Shown in pieces: positions 18,641 to 28,113 of a stretch of 64,000 nt of DNA. A program made the position numbers and the translations under genes. The first letter of the stretch is position 1; the number at the start of each line of letters is the position of its first letter. The notes below the pieces were generated by a model. It worked only from the letters and a program-made list of their open reading frames with translations, did no database searches and was not told where the DNA came from. The stretch lies in contig JAIEFE010000015.1 in the NCBI GenBank assembly GCA_029067085.1, forward strand, positions 55,633 to 119,632, written 5' to 3'. The DNA comes from Lachnospiraceae bacterium. Lineage in GTDB: Bacteria; Bacillota; Clostridia; Lachnospirales; Lachnospiraceae.

Positions 18641-19933
18641 TTAGTTCCTGCTTTCTCTAAAATTTTTCGAAACCATCACATTCAATATAAAATCTCCGTC
18701 CTCCGTATAACAGAAGATTTTCCCTTCAAGACACTCTGCCGCCTCTTTGATCGTGGCAAGACCGAAACCGTGATCTAAGCCCTCCTTATCCGTAGCGGGC
18801 AGCTCACCCTGCGTCACATACAGGTCATCCCGGCATCTGTTCCTGATCTGTATCAGAAGATAATCTCTGTTATACTTCATATGTACGGAGACTCTGCGTT
18901 TCTCCTTTTCCAATCCCTTTAAGGCGTCACAGGCATTCTCCAGCCCGTTTGAGAGGATCTGACACAACTCCATATAGGGCAGCTCTTCCTTCCCGATCTG
19001 TATGTCGCTGTTAAATTCAGCCTCCATTTCCTTAAACTTCCCGGCGTAATGGACGAACACCGCATTGATATAGGGATTGGCACAGAACTGTTCTGACGAG
19101 ATATCCATCTCCGCCTCCACGCCTTTTAAGTATGTCAGCGCCTCGTCAACTTTTCTGTCCGTCAGAAGCCCCGAAAGGGTTGCCACATATCCTTTCATAT
19201 CATGCCTCATCTTCCTGATGTTCTGCTGGCTGCCAAGCTGCGCCTCCAGCGTGTTCTTCTGTTCCTGCAGGATGCGCTCGCTCTGTTGCTTCCGGTACAA
19301 CAGGAGCTGGCGATAGAGCGCCATAAACAAGGTACCGTAATTAAACAGCATCAGGATCAGCACCAGCACACACAGGAAGGTGTCCTCCGGGCGGTATATG
19401 ATATTCGTGGGAAACTGTACCACCACCACCAGAAGAACATAATACAGTATGGTCATCCCTGCAAAGACGCCCCATCCCTTTTTTACCGCATCCTGCAGTT
19501 CCAGATAAGGCTTCCTCAGATACCGCCATGCCAGATATTCCAACAGCGGGAAAGCGATCAGCCGGCTAATGAACAGCAGCACATACTTCCCTCCGCCGAG
19601 ATAAGTGTCCATAAGGGTTGTGACCGCCATGACCCACAGACAGGTCGTGTCCGCCAGAGCAAACGAGAGCAGGAACCGGAATCGTTTATTCGCGCTCATC
19701 ACATAGAAAAAGATAAAACTCGGTATGGAGCAGGTAAGCAGAAACACCTTCGCCAGCGCCTCGATACCGAACACGATAAGCCCCACTTCGTTTGCCGCCA
19801 TCAGAATCCCCATGCCGACAGCCGCAGCAGCTATGGTTTTTTTTCTGGTAAACCGTGACCGGAACAGTATAAGAAAAAGGAATATTACATGGAACATTGC
19901 CCAAAATATGGATACATCCCTGAGTATCGTCAT
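18641..19933 (-). CDS. Multi-TM GHKL sensor histidine kinase
   Basis: RHDMKG, LSNGLENA, HGFGLATI; start at ATG 19933 after GAGGGG. Confidence 0.9.
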   Translation of the reverse strand: MTILRDVSIFWAMFHVIFLFLILFRSRFTRKKTIAAAAVGMGILMAANEVGLIVFGIEALAKVFLLTCSIPSFIFFYVMSANKRFRFLLSFALADTTCLWVMAVTTLMDTYLGGGKYVLLFISRLIAFPLLEYLAWRYLRKPYLELQDAVKKGWGVFAGMTILYYVLLVVVVQFPTNIIYRPEDTFLCVLVLILMLFNYGTLFMALYRQLLLYRKQQSERILQEQKNTLEAQLGSQQNIRKMRHDMKGYVATLSGLLTDRKVDEALTYLKGVEAEMDISSEQFCANPYINAVFVHYAGKFKEMEAEFNSDIQIGKEELPYMELCQILSNGLENACDALKGLEKEKRRVSVHMKYNRDYLLIQIRNRCRDDLYVTQGELPATDKEGLDHGFGLATIKEAAECLEGKIFCYTEDGDFILNVMVSKNFRESRN

Positions 19934-20188
19934 CTTATCAGTTCCCCTCGAACAGCATCTTCTGACACTGCTTTTCCTGCCGACTATCTGAAGCACATAT
20001 TCAGATTTGATAACATTATTCTACAATATTTTTCAGTCCATAAAACGTCAGGTAGAAATTGTTACCTGACGTTTATTTTTGCGCTCCTTTTTAAAAAGAA
20101 CAGCAGAGATTCGGCTTGAATCTCTGCTCACTTACATCTGAATCCTATACATCTTCGCCGGAAATAAAATTCCCTTAAACAAAAAAAT

Positions 20189-20221
20189 CCTGATAATCAC
20201 CAAAACCAGTGATTATCAGGC
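20189..20221 (-). terminator. Intrinsic terminator after the tRNA
   Basis: cctgataatcac-caaaacca-gtgattatcagg, followed by a T-run on the minus strand. Confidence 0.75.
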
Positions 20222-20229
20222 ATTTTTTA

Positions 20230-20302
20230 TCGGAGTGACAAGACTTGAACTTGCGGCCTCTACTTCCCTAAAGTAGCGCTCTACCACCTGAGCCACACCC
20301 CG
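20230..20302 (-). tRNA. tRNA-Pro with anticodon AGG
   Basis: CGGGGTG TG GCTC AGGTGGTA GAGC G CTACT TTAGGGA AGTAG AGGCC GCAAG TTCAAGT CTTGT CACTCCG A; C1-G72, A73 and G37; CCA not encoded. Confidence 0.93.
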
Positions 20303-20314
20303 AAAACCTTTACC

Positions 20315-20343
20315 ATTATATCGAATCCCTTCGGGAAATGCAA
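20315..20343 (-). promoter_or_regulatory. sigmaA promoter of tRNA-Pro
   Basis: TTGCAT-17 bp-TATAAT just upstream of the tRNA 5' end. Confidence 0.8.
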
Positions 20344-20393
20344 GCCCTATTCTAAACTTTTATGTGTTCTTTTCGCGAATGCCGTTCGCGTGC

Positions 20394-21683
20394 TCAAACA
20401 CTCTCCTCCATGAAGTTCTCGAATGTCTCCCGCGGAACCGGCTTTGAAAAATAAAAACCCTGCTGCATCTGACATCCCACTTCTCTTAAATAGTTGCTCT
20501 GCTCCTGCGTCTCCACGCCCTCGCAAAGGGAAGTAATATGGAGCTTTCTCGCCATATCCACCACGCAGGAGATTATGATCCTGTCACTCTCCTGCATTTC
20601 TCCTTCTTTCAAAAAGACTCTGTCCAGTTTGATAATGTCGATGGGCAGTTTGCTCAAAAGATTGAGCGACGAATAACCTGATCCGAAATCGTCCATGGAT
20701 ACCTTGATTCCCATCTTATGTAAACCTTTAATCAATTCCAAGGCCCGTTCCGTATTTTCCAGATAAATACTCTCCGTCAATTCAAACTCGATCAAAGAGC
20801 AGGGTATCTCATACTCCTGTAACAATGCCCCCACATAATCCAAAAAATCCGTCCTATTCAAATGCATCCGGGACACGTTCAGGGAGATAGGCACTACTTT
20901 TTTGCCCTCTTTCAAGCGTTCCGCAAGGAAGCGGAAAACCTCTCTGTACACATAATAATCTACATCCACGATCTGACCGCTTCGCTCGATCAGCGGTATG
21001 AACTCGTCCGGATAGATAAACTTTCCGTCAGGCTTCTGCCAGCGTACCAAAGCCTCCGCTCCGATCAGATCCAGCGTATCCGTATCCATCTTCGGCTGGA
21101 AATAGACCTGAAATTCCTTTTTCTCGAGTGCCTTTGGAATACCGGAGGTTATCTCAACCTCTCGCTTAATACCCTCCATCATGCTCTGATCGAAGAGGAC
21201 ACAGGAATTGCTCTCCATCTCCTTGGCCACTTTTCTGGCCAGATTGGCGTTTGAGACTACCGTCTCCGCATCATGGCTGCGGCTGTTTTTATCCAGAATG
21301 CTGATACCCGTACAGAACTGCAGACGGCTGTTCAGATATTTCTCACGGAACTTTGCTTCCCTCTCCAGATTCATCTGATAGATCATATCGCGGAATTCTT
21401 CATTCGAGAACATATCCGGCGTGATCCTGCTGGCAGCCACAAAATTATCCGAATACACCCTGGCGGCACCGAAAATGAACTTCTGGTTATGCGTAAATTC
21501 ACTCACGAACTCTTTTAAAAGCGAGTCCCCCACCTTATAGCCATAGGTATCATTAATGTATTTGAAATGCTTAATATCCGTATATACGATCGCGATTCTG
21601 TCATCGCCGATCATGTCAATCTCACTCTGTAGTTTATTCAGAAAAACCTCGTAAGATTCTAACCCCGTCAAAGCATCCTTCAT
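20394..21683 (-). CDS. GGDEF (degenerate)-EAL c-di-GMP phosphodiesterase
   Basis: YSDNF replaces GGDEF; EALVRW, DDFGSGYSS and EGVE are intact. Confidence 0.9.
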   Translation of the reverse strand: MKDALTGLESYEVFLNKLQSEIDMIGDDRIAIVYTDIKHFKYINDTYGYKVGDSLLKEFVSEFTHNQKFIFGAARVYSDNFVAASRITPDMFSNEEFRDMIYQMNLEREAKFREKYLNSRLQFCTGISILDKNSRSHDAETVVSNANLARKVAKEMESNSCVLFDQSMMEGIKREVEITSGIPKALEKKEFQVYFQPKMDTDTLDLIGAEALVRWQKPDGKFIYPDEFIPLIERSGQIVDVDYYVYREVFRFLAERLKEGKKVVPISLNVSRMHLNRTDFLDYVGALLQEYEIPCSLIEFELTESIYLENTERALELIKGLHKMGIKVSMDDFGSGYSSLNLLSKLPIDIIKLDRVFLKEGEMQESDRIIISCVVDMARKLHITSLCEGVETQEQSNYLREVGCQMQQGFYFSKPVPRETFENFMEESV

Positions 21684-21844
21684 AGCTTTTTCACCCTATT
21701 TCTTCCCCATAATAGTAGAAACAATACCCCTAGTATTACTCTACAATAATTCCCTATCTGATGTCAATATCTGTCACAAAAAAGATATACGGCGAAAAAG
21801 CGTACGGAACATTATTTTACATTTTTTCGGCGTAAGCATTCTGA

Positions 21845-23296
21845 TCACTTTGAGAGCACTGCCAGCAGATAGTCCCAAACCCGCCCTGCGGAGGCAATGT
21901 CCATGCGTTCTTCTGCAGTGTGCACATCGGAAAGGTCGGGGCCGATGGAAACACAGTCCAAATCTGCTATCTTTCCTGCCAGAATTCCGCATTCCAGCCC
22001 CGCATGAATCGCCTCCACTGTCGGTTCTTTCCCGTAAAGCTCCCGGTAAACTGCCGCCATCCGATCCCGCAGAGGCGACTCCTTTCTGTAAGCCCAGCCG
22101 GGATAGACGTTCCGAACCTGCGCCGCCGCACCCGCACGCTCCGCGATCTGTATCATATTCCTGCAAAGTTCCTCTCTGGACTGATCCACACTGCTTCTGA
22201 CCGCATAGGAAAGTCGCAGTCCATCCTCACGAAACGACATGACGCCCAGATTTAAGGAGGTCTCCACCAGACCCTCCACGTCCGCACTCATGTCGATCAC
22301 ACCGTTTGGCAGTTTACAGAGGCAGGCGAGAGCCTGCGCCGTAGATTCTCTTGTAAAGCATGCGCCACAAACTATCCCATCATGGAAGACTTTTTCCAGA
22401 ATAAGGCCGGAATCTGCTTCTCCCAACTCATTCTTCCACTTCTGCTCTTCCGCCTTCAAAAATGCATCTATCTCCGGTATATCCGCCTCCCGCACCCAGA
22501 TCAGCGCTTCCGCCTCTCTGGGAATGGCATTGTCCGCCTGTCCGCCCTGCATTTTGGAGAGTCTGATATCATAGCGCAGTGACAGACCGCACAGGACGGC
22601 TCCCAGAATCCAGTTCGCGTTGCCGCGTCCCCTGTCGATCTCAATCCCGGAATGACCTCCCAGAAGCCCCTTAACGCTTACGGCAAGCTGTTTCATAGCG
22701 GACTTGTCCGATTCCTCTTTCAGGGAAATATCCACATCCACCCTGGCGCCGCCGGCACAGCTCACAATGAAGATACCTTCCTCCTCCTGATCCAGGTTGA
22801 TCATGCGATGTCCCTGCAGCATGGAGAGGTCGATCTCCTTTGCGCCCTCCATCCCGGTCTCCTCATCCGCCGTCAGGATCACTTCCAGACGGGGCAGGGC
22901 GATTTCCTTCGCATCCAGAAGGGCGAGGCAGTAAGCCACACCGATCCCGTCATCACCGCCAAGGCTTGTGTTCTCGGCATAGATTTTTCCCGCCTCCGTC
23001 TTCAGTTTCAGAGGCTCTGTCTTCATGTCGATATCGCAGCCCTGCGCTGCCACCGCCACCATATCAATGTGTGCCTGCAGAATGTAGGGCGCTTCTCCCT
23101 CAAAACCCGCAGACGCCTCCTTTATGATGACCACGTTCCCCCACTTGTCCTGCACATGAAACAGATTCCTCTCACGTGCAAAGTCCCTCAGATAATCGCT
23201 GATCTGACCGATATTGCCGGAGCCGTGGGGAATACGCGTGATCTCCTCAAAATAGTAAAATACATTCTGTGGTTCCAATCCTTCCAAAACTCTCAT
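21845..23296 (-). CDS. pepD: Aminoacyl-histidine dipeptidase (M20C)
   Basis: QAHIDMV, LGGDDGIG, DEETGM, GGHSG, IHAGLECG, HTAEE. Confidence 0.92.
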   Translation of the reverse strand: MRVLEGLEPQNVFYYFEEITRIPHGSGNIGQISDYLRDFARERNLFHVQDKWGNVVIIKEASAGFEGEAPYILQAHIDMVAVAAQGCDIDMKTEPLKLKTEAGKIYAENTSLGGDDGIGVAYCLALLDAKEIALPRLEVILTADEETGMEGAKEIDLSMLQGHRMINLDQEEEGIFIVSCAGGARVDVDISLKEESDKSAMKQLAVSVKGLLGGHSGIEIDRGRGNANWILGAVLCGLSLRYDIRLSKMQGGQADNAIPREAEALIWVREADIPEIDAFLKAEEQKWKNELGEADSGLILEKVFHDGIVCGACFTRESTAQALACLCKLPNGVIDMSADVEGLVETSLNLGVMSFREDGLRLSYAVRSSVDQSREELCRNMIQIAERAGAAAQVRNVYPGWAYRKESPLRDRMAAVYRELYGKEPTVEAIHAGLECGILAGKIADLDCVSIGPDLSDVHTAEERMDIASAGRVWDYLLAVLSK

Positions 23297-23452
23297 GTCA
23301 CTTTCCTCCAAACTATCCCCGTTTTTGGTTCATAGATACAAAATATATTTTACCATGGTTGTCATATTTGACGCCATAAATTTAGGAATATTTATATAAA
23401 TTAAATTAATTTTTTCTGCGGCTTGCAAAAAGAAAAGGTAAAGGATTTTCCT

Positions 23453-24823
23453 CTACCTCTTCTCCCATTTAATACTTAATCTCCATACCGGGCGACGTAT
23501 TGTCGCGTCCGTGACGATCTTCTCATTGCGGTGTACACTGAGCAGCAGCCCAATCATTACCGCATATGTCATCGCCGTGCAGGCGCCGTACGACACGAAC
23601 GGAAGCTGTATGCTGCTCACAGGACAAAAACCGGTGTTCATCAAAACCCCTTCCAGACAGTTGAGCAGAAATACCATAAAGCAGGCTGCGGATATCATAA
23701 AGCCAAGTTGATTTTTCTGATTTTTCACAATGCGGAACGCCCTTATAGACACCGCCACAAATGCCGCAACTATAGCCAGACCTGCCAATAGTCCATAGCT
23801 ACAGATTAACTGCAGCAAAACAAAAGGTGTTGTGGGAAACGGATCCGGACTTCCTATGAGCCACGACTTCGAACCTCGTATGAGTCCATCTCCCATAAAA
23901 AGTGTGCTGTCGGATGCTCCGATAAACTTTGCTGTGCCTAATTGTTGTCTGATCCACTGATAGAGATATCCGGCTCCCGAAGGATCTTTGTCAGGATTCA
24001 GCCACGCCAGCAAGCGCTCTCTCCAAAACCCATAGGCAGCACCGAAAAGGAGACCCCTGCCGATCATCAGACCTGCCGGCAGCCCCACCAGCGCACCCAG
24101 GATCATGACAACCGCTTTCTTCCTGTCAACAGAAAACCATCCCTTACAGACTGCAAGGATGAGCAATACCGTACATATCGCATATACGTTTATTGCCGTA
24201 TACAACGTGCTCGAAAGCGTCAGCGTGAGAATCGCATTGAAGATCTGTATCACGATTCCCCGGACGACCGCGCCGTATCCCCCTCCTCTCAGACGATACA
24301 AGATTCCCGCATAAACCGGAACATAGAGATAGGCAAGCATAAACGCTATGGGGACCGCTCCGTCCGTCACTGCGTATATACTGCCGATGTATGCGGCTAT
24401 CGTTACAAACCCATAGATCCCGTAAGCATAGCGTCCGACAAAACTATAATCCAGGAAATACATTCCGGTCATCACGCCGAAAGACAGAAGCAACACAAAA
24501 CACTGGCGAATAAGATATCCCGGATACTCTGCCAGACCATTCACCACAGATATCATAAACAACCCTGCAACACTGAATACAAAGACCATCCCGATCATCT
24601 TAAAATCTGTCTGCGGTCTATGTATTCTGTCGAGCTCCACACCGACCTCCACCGGGTCACCCATCTCCCGCACCGCTCTCCTTACCGCCTCTTCATGGGA
24701 CTCGCCCTCCTCTTCATAGGCTGCCGACTGATCCTCGATATGATCGGACAATTCTTTCGCAACACCGGCTCTTGCCCTGACGCACCTGATCTGTTCTGTA
24801 ACGCTCCTGATAAACTCCTCCAT
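23453..24823 (-). CDS. FtsW/RodA/SpoVE-like (SEDS) membrane protein with N-terminal permease-prefix domain
   Basis: ELSDHIED...EMGDPVEVGVELDRIHRP prefix, RLLAWLNP, LPFVSYG; ATGA overlap with the padR stop. Confidence 0.8.
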   Translation of the reverse strand: MEEFIRSVTEQIRCVRARAGVAKELSDHIEDQSAAYEEEGESHEEAVRRAVREMGDPVEVGVELDRIHRPQTDFKMIGMVFVFSVAGLFMISVVNGLAEYPGYLIRQCFVLLLSFGVMTGMYFLDYSFVGRYAYGIYGFVTIAAYIGSIYAVTDGAVPIAFMLAYLYVPVYAGILYRLRGGGYGAVVRGIVIQIFNAILTLTLSSTLYTAINVYAICTVLLILAVCKGWFSVDRKKAVVMILGALVGLPAGLMIGRGLLFGAAYGFWRERLLAWLNPDKDPSGAGYLYQWIRQQLGTAKFIGASDSTLFMGDGLIRGSKSWLIGSPDPFPTTPFVLLQLICSYGLLAGLAIVAAFVAVSIRAFRIVKNQKNQLGFMISAACFMVFLLNCLEGVLMNTGFCPVSSIQLPFVSYGACTAMTYAVMIGLLLSVHRNEKIVTDATIRRPVWRLSIKWEKR

Positions 24824-25155
24824 CACGCCATCACCTCCCAAAGTACGTTCAGCACGGCAGTCTGGTACTCCTGCCACTCTTCCTTTCTGGATTTTAAATA
24901 ATTCCGTCCCTCTTTCGTGATACTGTAATACTTGCGCTGTTTTCCGTTTACCTCACTCTCATAGGAAGTCAGATAATTTTTCTCCTCCAACGAATGAAGC
25001 AGCGGATAGAGGGTCCCTGCTTTCAGCATAAATATATTGTTGGATTTCTTTTGAAGCGTCTCGATCATCTCATATCCATACATATCCTTGTCCTCCAGCA
25101 GACGCAGCAAAAGCATGGAAGTACTTCCCGAGATCAAAGATTTGTCTATCGGCAT
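24823..25155 (-). CDS. PadR family transcriptional regulator
   Basis: DMYGYEM, GTLYPLL, RKYYSIT. Confidence 0.93.
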   Translation of the reverse strand: MPIDKSLISGSTSMLLLRLLEDKDMYGYEMIETLQKKSNNIFMLKAGTLYPLLHSLEEKNYLTSYESEVNGKQRKYYSITKEGRNYLKSRKEEWQEYQTAVLNVLWEVMA

Positions 25156-25176
25156 TGTAACCTCTCCCTTCTTTTT

Positions 25177-25233
25177 ATATATAGATTATCTATATATCAC
25201 CCTCATTATATATAGATAATCTATATATGTCAA
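25177..25233 (-). promoter_or_regulatory. sigmaA promoter with two 21-bp palindromic operators
   Basis: TTGACA (25228-33), 17 bp, TATAAT (25205-10); ATATATAGAT-N-ATCTATATAT at 25177-25197 and 25208-25228. Confidence 0.8.
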
Positions 25234-25257
25234 GCTGATTTTCCTTTTAAGCTTAAG

Positions 25258-25306
25258 CGCATAAGCAGAGTCGAGATGCTTCGCATCTCTCATTCGGGTT
25301 GCTCAG
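25258..25306. repeat. Partial copy of a REP/MITE-like intergenic element
   Basis: ataagcagagtcgagatgcttcgcatctctcattcgggttgctc matches 32274-32317. Confidence 0.7.
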
Positions 25307-25392
25307 CGCTTCAGTGCGCGCAAAAAAAAGAGACACGGTTTTCACCATGTCCCTTTTTGTATCATATTCTCATATGATCGCTTCGGCGATCC

Positions 25393-25749
25393 TTATTTCT
25401 GATTTGCCTTCGCAAGCTCTGCAAGTGTTGCAAAACCCGCCGCATCATTCACTGCCATCTCTGCAAGCATCTTTCTGTTCATGTCAACACCCGCATTCTT
25501 CAGGCCAAACATGAATCTGCTGTAGGACAGCCCGTTCATTCTTGCCGCTGCATTGATACGAGCGATCCAGAGCTGTCTGAACTGACGCTTTCTCTCTTTT
25601 CTGCCCGCGTAAGCGGAAGCCAGCGCCCGCATCACGGACTGTTTTGCCACTCTATACTGCTTTGATCTTGCGCCTCTGTAGCCCTTCGCAAGCTTTAACA
25701 CTCTGTTATGTTTCTTTTTGGCGTTCATACCGCCTTTTATTCTTGCCAT
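25393..25749 (-). CDS. rplT: 50S ribosomal protein L20
   Basis: MARIKGG...LAKGYRG...[13 protein letters not shown]. Confidence 0.98.
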   Translation of the reverse strand: MARIKGGMNAKKKHNRVLKLAKGYRGARSKQYRVAKQSVMRALASAYAGRKERKRQFRQLWIARINAAARMNGLSYSRFMFGLKNAGVDMNRKMLAEMAVNDAAGFATLAELAKANQK

Positions 25750-25797
25750 GTCTTTTTCCTCCTAAATTTCACAATCTCTCGCTTTCTCAAACCCGCC

Positions 25798-25995
25798 TTA
25801 CAGATAAGGTAAGATCTTCTTCATATTCTTAACATTCGTTGCGTCTGTCATCGCAGGCTTTCTGAGATTTCTCTTGTTCTTGGTCGTCTTCTTGGTTAAG
25901 ATATGGCGTCTGTACGCTTTATTTCTCTTTAACTTACCCGTTCCGGTCACCTTGAAACGTTTTGCAGCAGCTCTGCTGGTTTTCATTTTCGGCAT
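25798..25995 (-). CDS. rpmI: 50S ribosomal protein L35
   Basis: [21 protein letters not shown]. Confidence 0.98.
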   Translation of the reverse strand: MPKMKTSRAAAKRFKVTGTGKLKRNKAYRRHILTKKTTKNKRNLRKPAMTDATNVKNMKKILPYL

Positions 25996-26071
25996 TTTAC
26001 TGTTCCTCCTGTATTTTTAGTCCTAATACCGGGATACCCATTCCGTACCCCTTTCTATTTTAACTGTGAGG

Positions 26072-26578
26072 CTATCGCTTCTCAGCCAAAAACATGGTCA
26101 TGGTCCTGCCCTCGACCTTCGGTGCCTTATCCACCACCGCTATATCGGAAAGCGCCTCGGCAAAATCGTCCAGAATGTGCTTGCTGGTATTCATATGGGC
26201 CATCTCGCGGCCTCTGAAACGCAGCGTCACCTTCACTCTGTCGCCCTTGCCGATGAATTTTCTGGCAGCATTTACTTTTGTATTCAGATCGTTCGTGTCA
26301 ATGTTGGGAGAAAGGCGGATCTCCTTGATCTCCACAATCTTCTGTTTCTTTTTTGCTTCCTTGTCTTTTCTGGCCTGCTCGTACTTAAACTTTCCATAGT
26401 CCACGATCTTACACACAGGCGGCTTCGCCGTGGGCGCAATCTTGACCAGATCCACACCGGCCTCCTCCGCAAGCTTCATCGCTTCCTTAGTCGGCATGAC
26501 GCCAAGCTGCTCGCCGTCTGCCCCGATCACACGTACTTCTCTGTCTCTGATCTGCTCGTTGATAAATAAGTCGCTAAT
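26072..26578 (-). CDS. infC: Translation initiation factor IF-3 (ATT start)
   Basis: INEQIRDREVRVI, DYGKFKYE, FRGRE; GGGAGGG RBS 7 nt before ATT at 26578. Confidence 0.95.
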   Translation of the reverse strand: MSDLFINEQIRDREVRVIGADGEQLGVMPTKEAMKLAEEAGVDLVKIAPTAKPPVCKIVDYGKFKYEQARKDKEAKKKQKIVEIKEIRLSPNIDTNDLNTKVNAARKFIGKGDRVKVTLRFRGREMAHMNTSKHILDDFAEALSDIAVVDKAPKVEGRTMTMFLAEKR

Positions 26579-26599
26579 CTTTTTACCCTCCCATAAAGA

Positions 26600-26745
26600 A
26601 AACAAATTAAAAAGCGGACAGCACAGCTATCCACCCGAATCATAAACACCCGTAAAACACCCGTTTCAAACGGTAAAGTAAAGGGCTATGAACGCTTGCG
26701 AACCCAATTGTTGCAAGGTGAGAGCGGATACTCTGCTTGATTGTC
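26600..26745 (-). ncRNA. Ribosomal protein L20 leader
   Basis: AAGCAGAGTATCCGCTCTCACC...GGGTGGATAG pattern upstream of infC-rpmI-rplT; TTGACA-17-TATAGT promoter at ~26767-26795. Confidence 0.7.
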
Positions 26746-26826
26746 TTTGCTTTCACACAAATGAAACTATAGCACAGGAAGAAATCGCTGTCAAGCACAA
26801 TTTTCGCGTAATTGCGGGGACTGGTA

Positions 26827-27612
26827 TCAGAATTCCAGACGTATGGTTTCCGCGCTTGCTTCATACTCCTCCATACGGTCATAATCACTTGTCTGCGAGT
26901 AGGTGATCACATAGCTCTTGTCCGCGTTGATGGCATACTCTAACTGCGTTATCTCAGTGTCCCCCACCTGATAATGACAGAGAATGCGAAATGCCGGACA
27001 GCCGTCTATTTTGATCCGCTCGAAGCTGTCAATGGTCACTTCAATCTTTTCCCCGTAATCTTTTTCAAAGTTTTCCTCCGTCTGTGCCTTGAAGGTTTCC
27101 TCCGTCATCAGCTGCAGCGCCACATCCCTGCCAAGCACCACATAGTATATCGTGGATGCGTCTATCGGATACCGTTTGGTCACATACATTCCCTCGATAT
27201 CCTCCGATTCCGCAAAAGCCTCCGGCAAGGTAAAGCTGCATCCCTTCGTCACAGGCGGGCTTTCCACCACGGAGGTATCCATCTCGCTCTCAGCAAGCAT
27301 TTCCTCCGTCAGTTCGGTGCGCAGCGTCTCATCCATCTCCACGGAGGCCATAAGACTTCCCTCCATGGCTGCCCGAACATTCGCGTCATCCACTGCCGCC
27401 TCGCCGCTCGACGTGTCAACCGGCTGCTCCGTTTCGGCACGATCCGTATCCGCCGGCTCCGCTGTTTCTTCCTGATCTGTATCCGCCGACTCCGCTGCCG
27501 TCCCGGCACTTTCCGCCTCCGCGCTCGTATGTACCGCCGTCTCCTCTCCGCAGCCCGCAAGCAGAAGCGCCGCGATCAGCAACAGGAGACAGATTCGCTT
27601 TTTTTCCGCCAT
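26827..27612 (-). CDS. Lipoprotein with acidic linker and PsbP/Mog1-like C-terminal domain
   Basis: Lipobox LLLAGC; fold call is tentative (IKIDGCPAFRI...YVITYS). Confidence 0.7.
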   Translation of the reverse strand: MAEKKRICLLLLIAALLLAGCGEETAVHTSAEAESAGTAAESADTDQEETAEPADTDRAETEQPVDTSSGEAAVDDANVRAAMEGSLMASVEMDETLRTELTEEMLAESEMDTSVVESPPVTKGCSFTLPEAFAESEDIEGMYVTKRYPIDASTIYYVVLGRDVALQLMTEETFKAQTEENFEKDYGEKIEVTIDSFERIKIDGCPAFRILCHYQVGDTEITQLEYAINADKSYVITYSQTSDYDRMEEYEASAETIRLEF

Positions 27613-27774
27613 CAATTTGCCTTTCTATCTCAAAACATCCCGCCAAACCATTCAAACCGCAGGACGCAAGCCAAACGGCCTGCGCCCAACATTATCTATT
27701 GTAATATAAAAATTCAAAACTGGCAATGTTCTTTTCCGATTCAGCCATATCTGAGGGTTCGCTAAATGCCTCTC

Positions 27775-28089
27775 TCACTCTTCCCTGAAAGTCGCGCACT
27801 CCGTCTGCCTGCAGTTGTCGGCACCTCTGCCGCTGATATCCACATGCTCCGCATGGCATTTGTAATTCGAATTATACACACACTTCTCCGCCTCACAGTC
27901 AATGCTGATGGTCCTGCAGGGGTGGTCCAGGGAGCTGACATAAGCGCCCTCCCGCCTCTGCGAAAAGCTCTCACAGCAGGTATCGCCACAGTTGCAGGCA
28001 TGGCTGCCGCCCACCATGATATCCCCCTTGCAGCAGCAATCCTCCTGATTATAGCTGCAGTTTGTCACACCACATTTCAATTCCGCCAT
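27775..28089 (-). CDS. DUF1540-like Cys-rich protein
   Basis: Two CxxxxCxYNxxxxC...CxxF repeats. Confidence 0.8.
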   Translation of the reverse strand: MAELKCGVTNCSYNQEDCCCKGDIMVGGSHACNCGDTCCESFSQRREGAYVSSLDHPCRTISIDCEAEKCVYNSNYKCHAEHVDISGRGADNCRQTECATFREE

Positions 28090-28113
28090 AGCTGATAATC
28101 ACCTCCGATTTTT

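Noticed and set aside
13700-20302. Integrative element or prophage at tRNA-Pro
   Set aside because: No integrase or duplicated tRNA 3' end is visible; the far boundary could lie outside the window, so this is unsupported rather than excluded.
26072-26605. Non-AUG (ATT) start of infC as a novelty
   Set aside because: This is well-established IF3 autoregulation.
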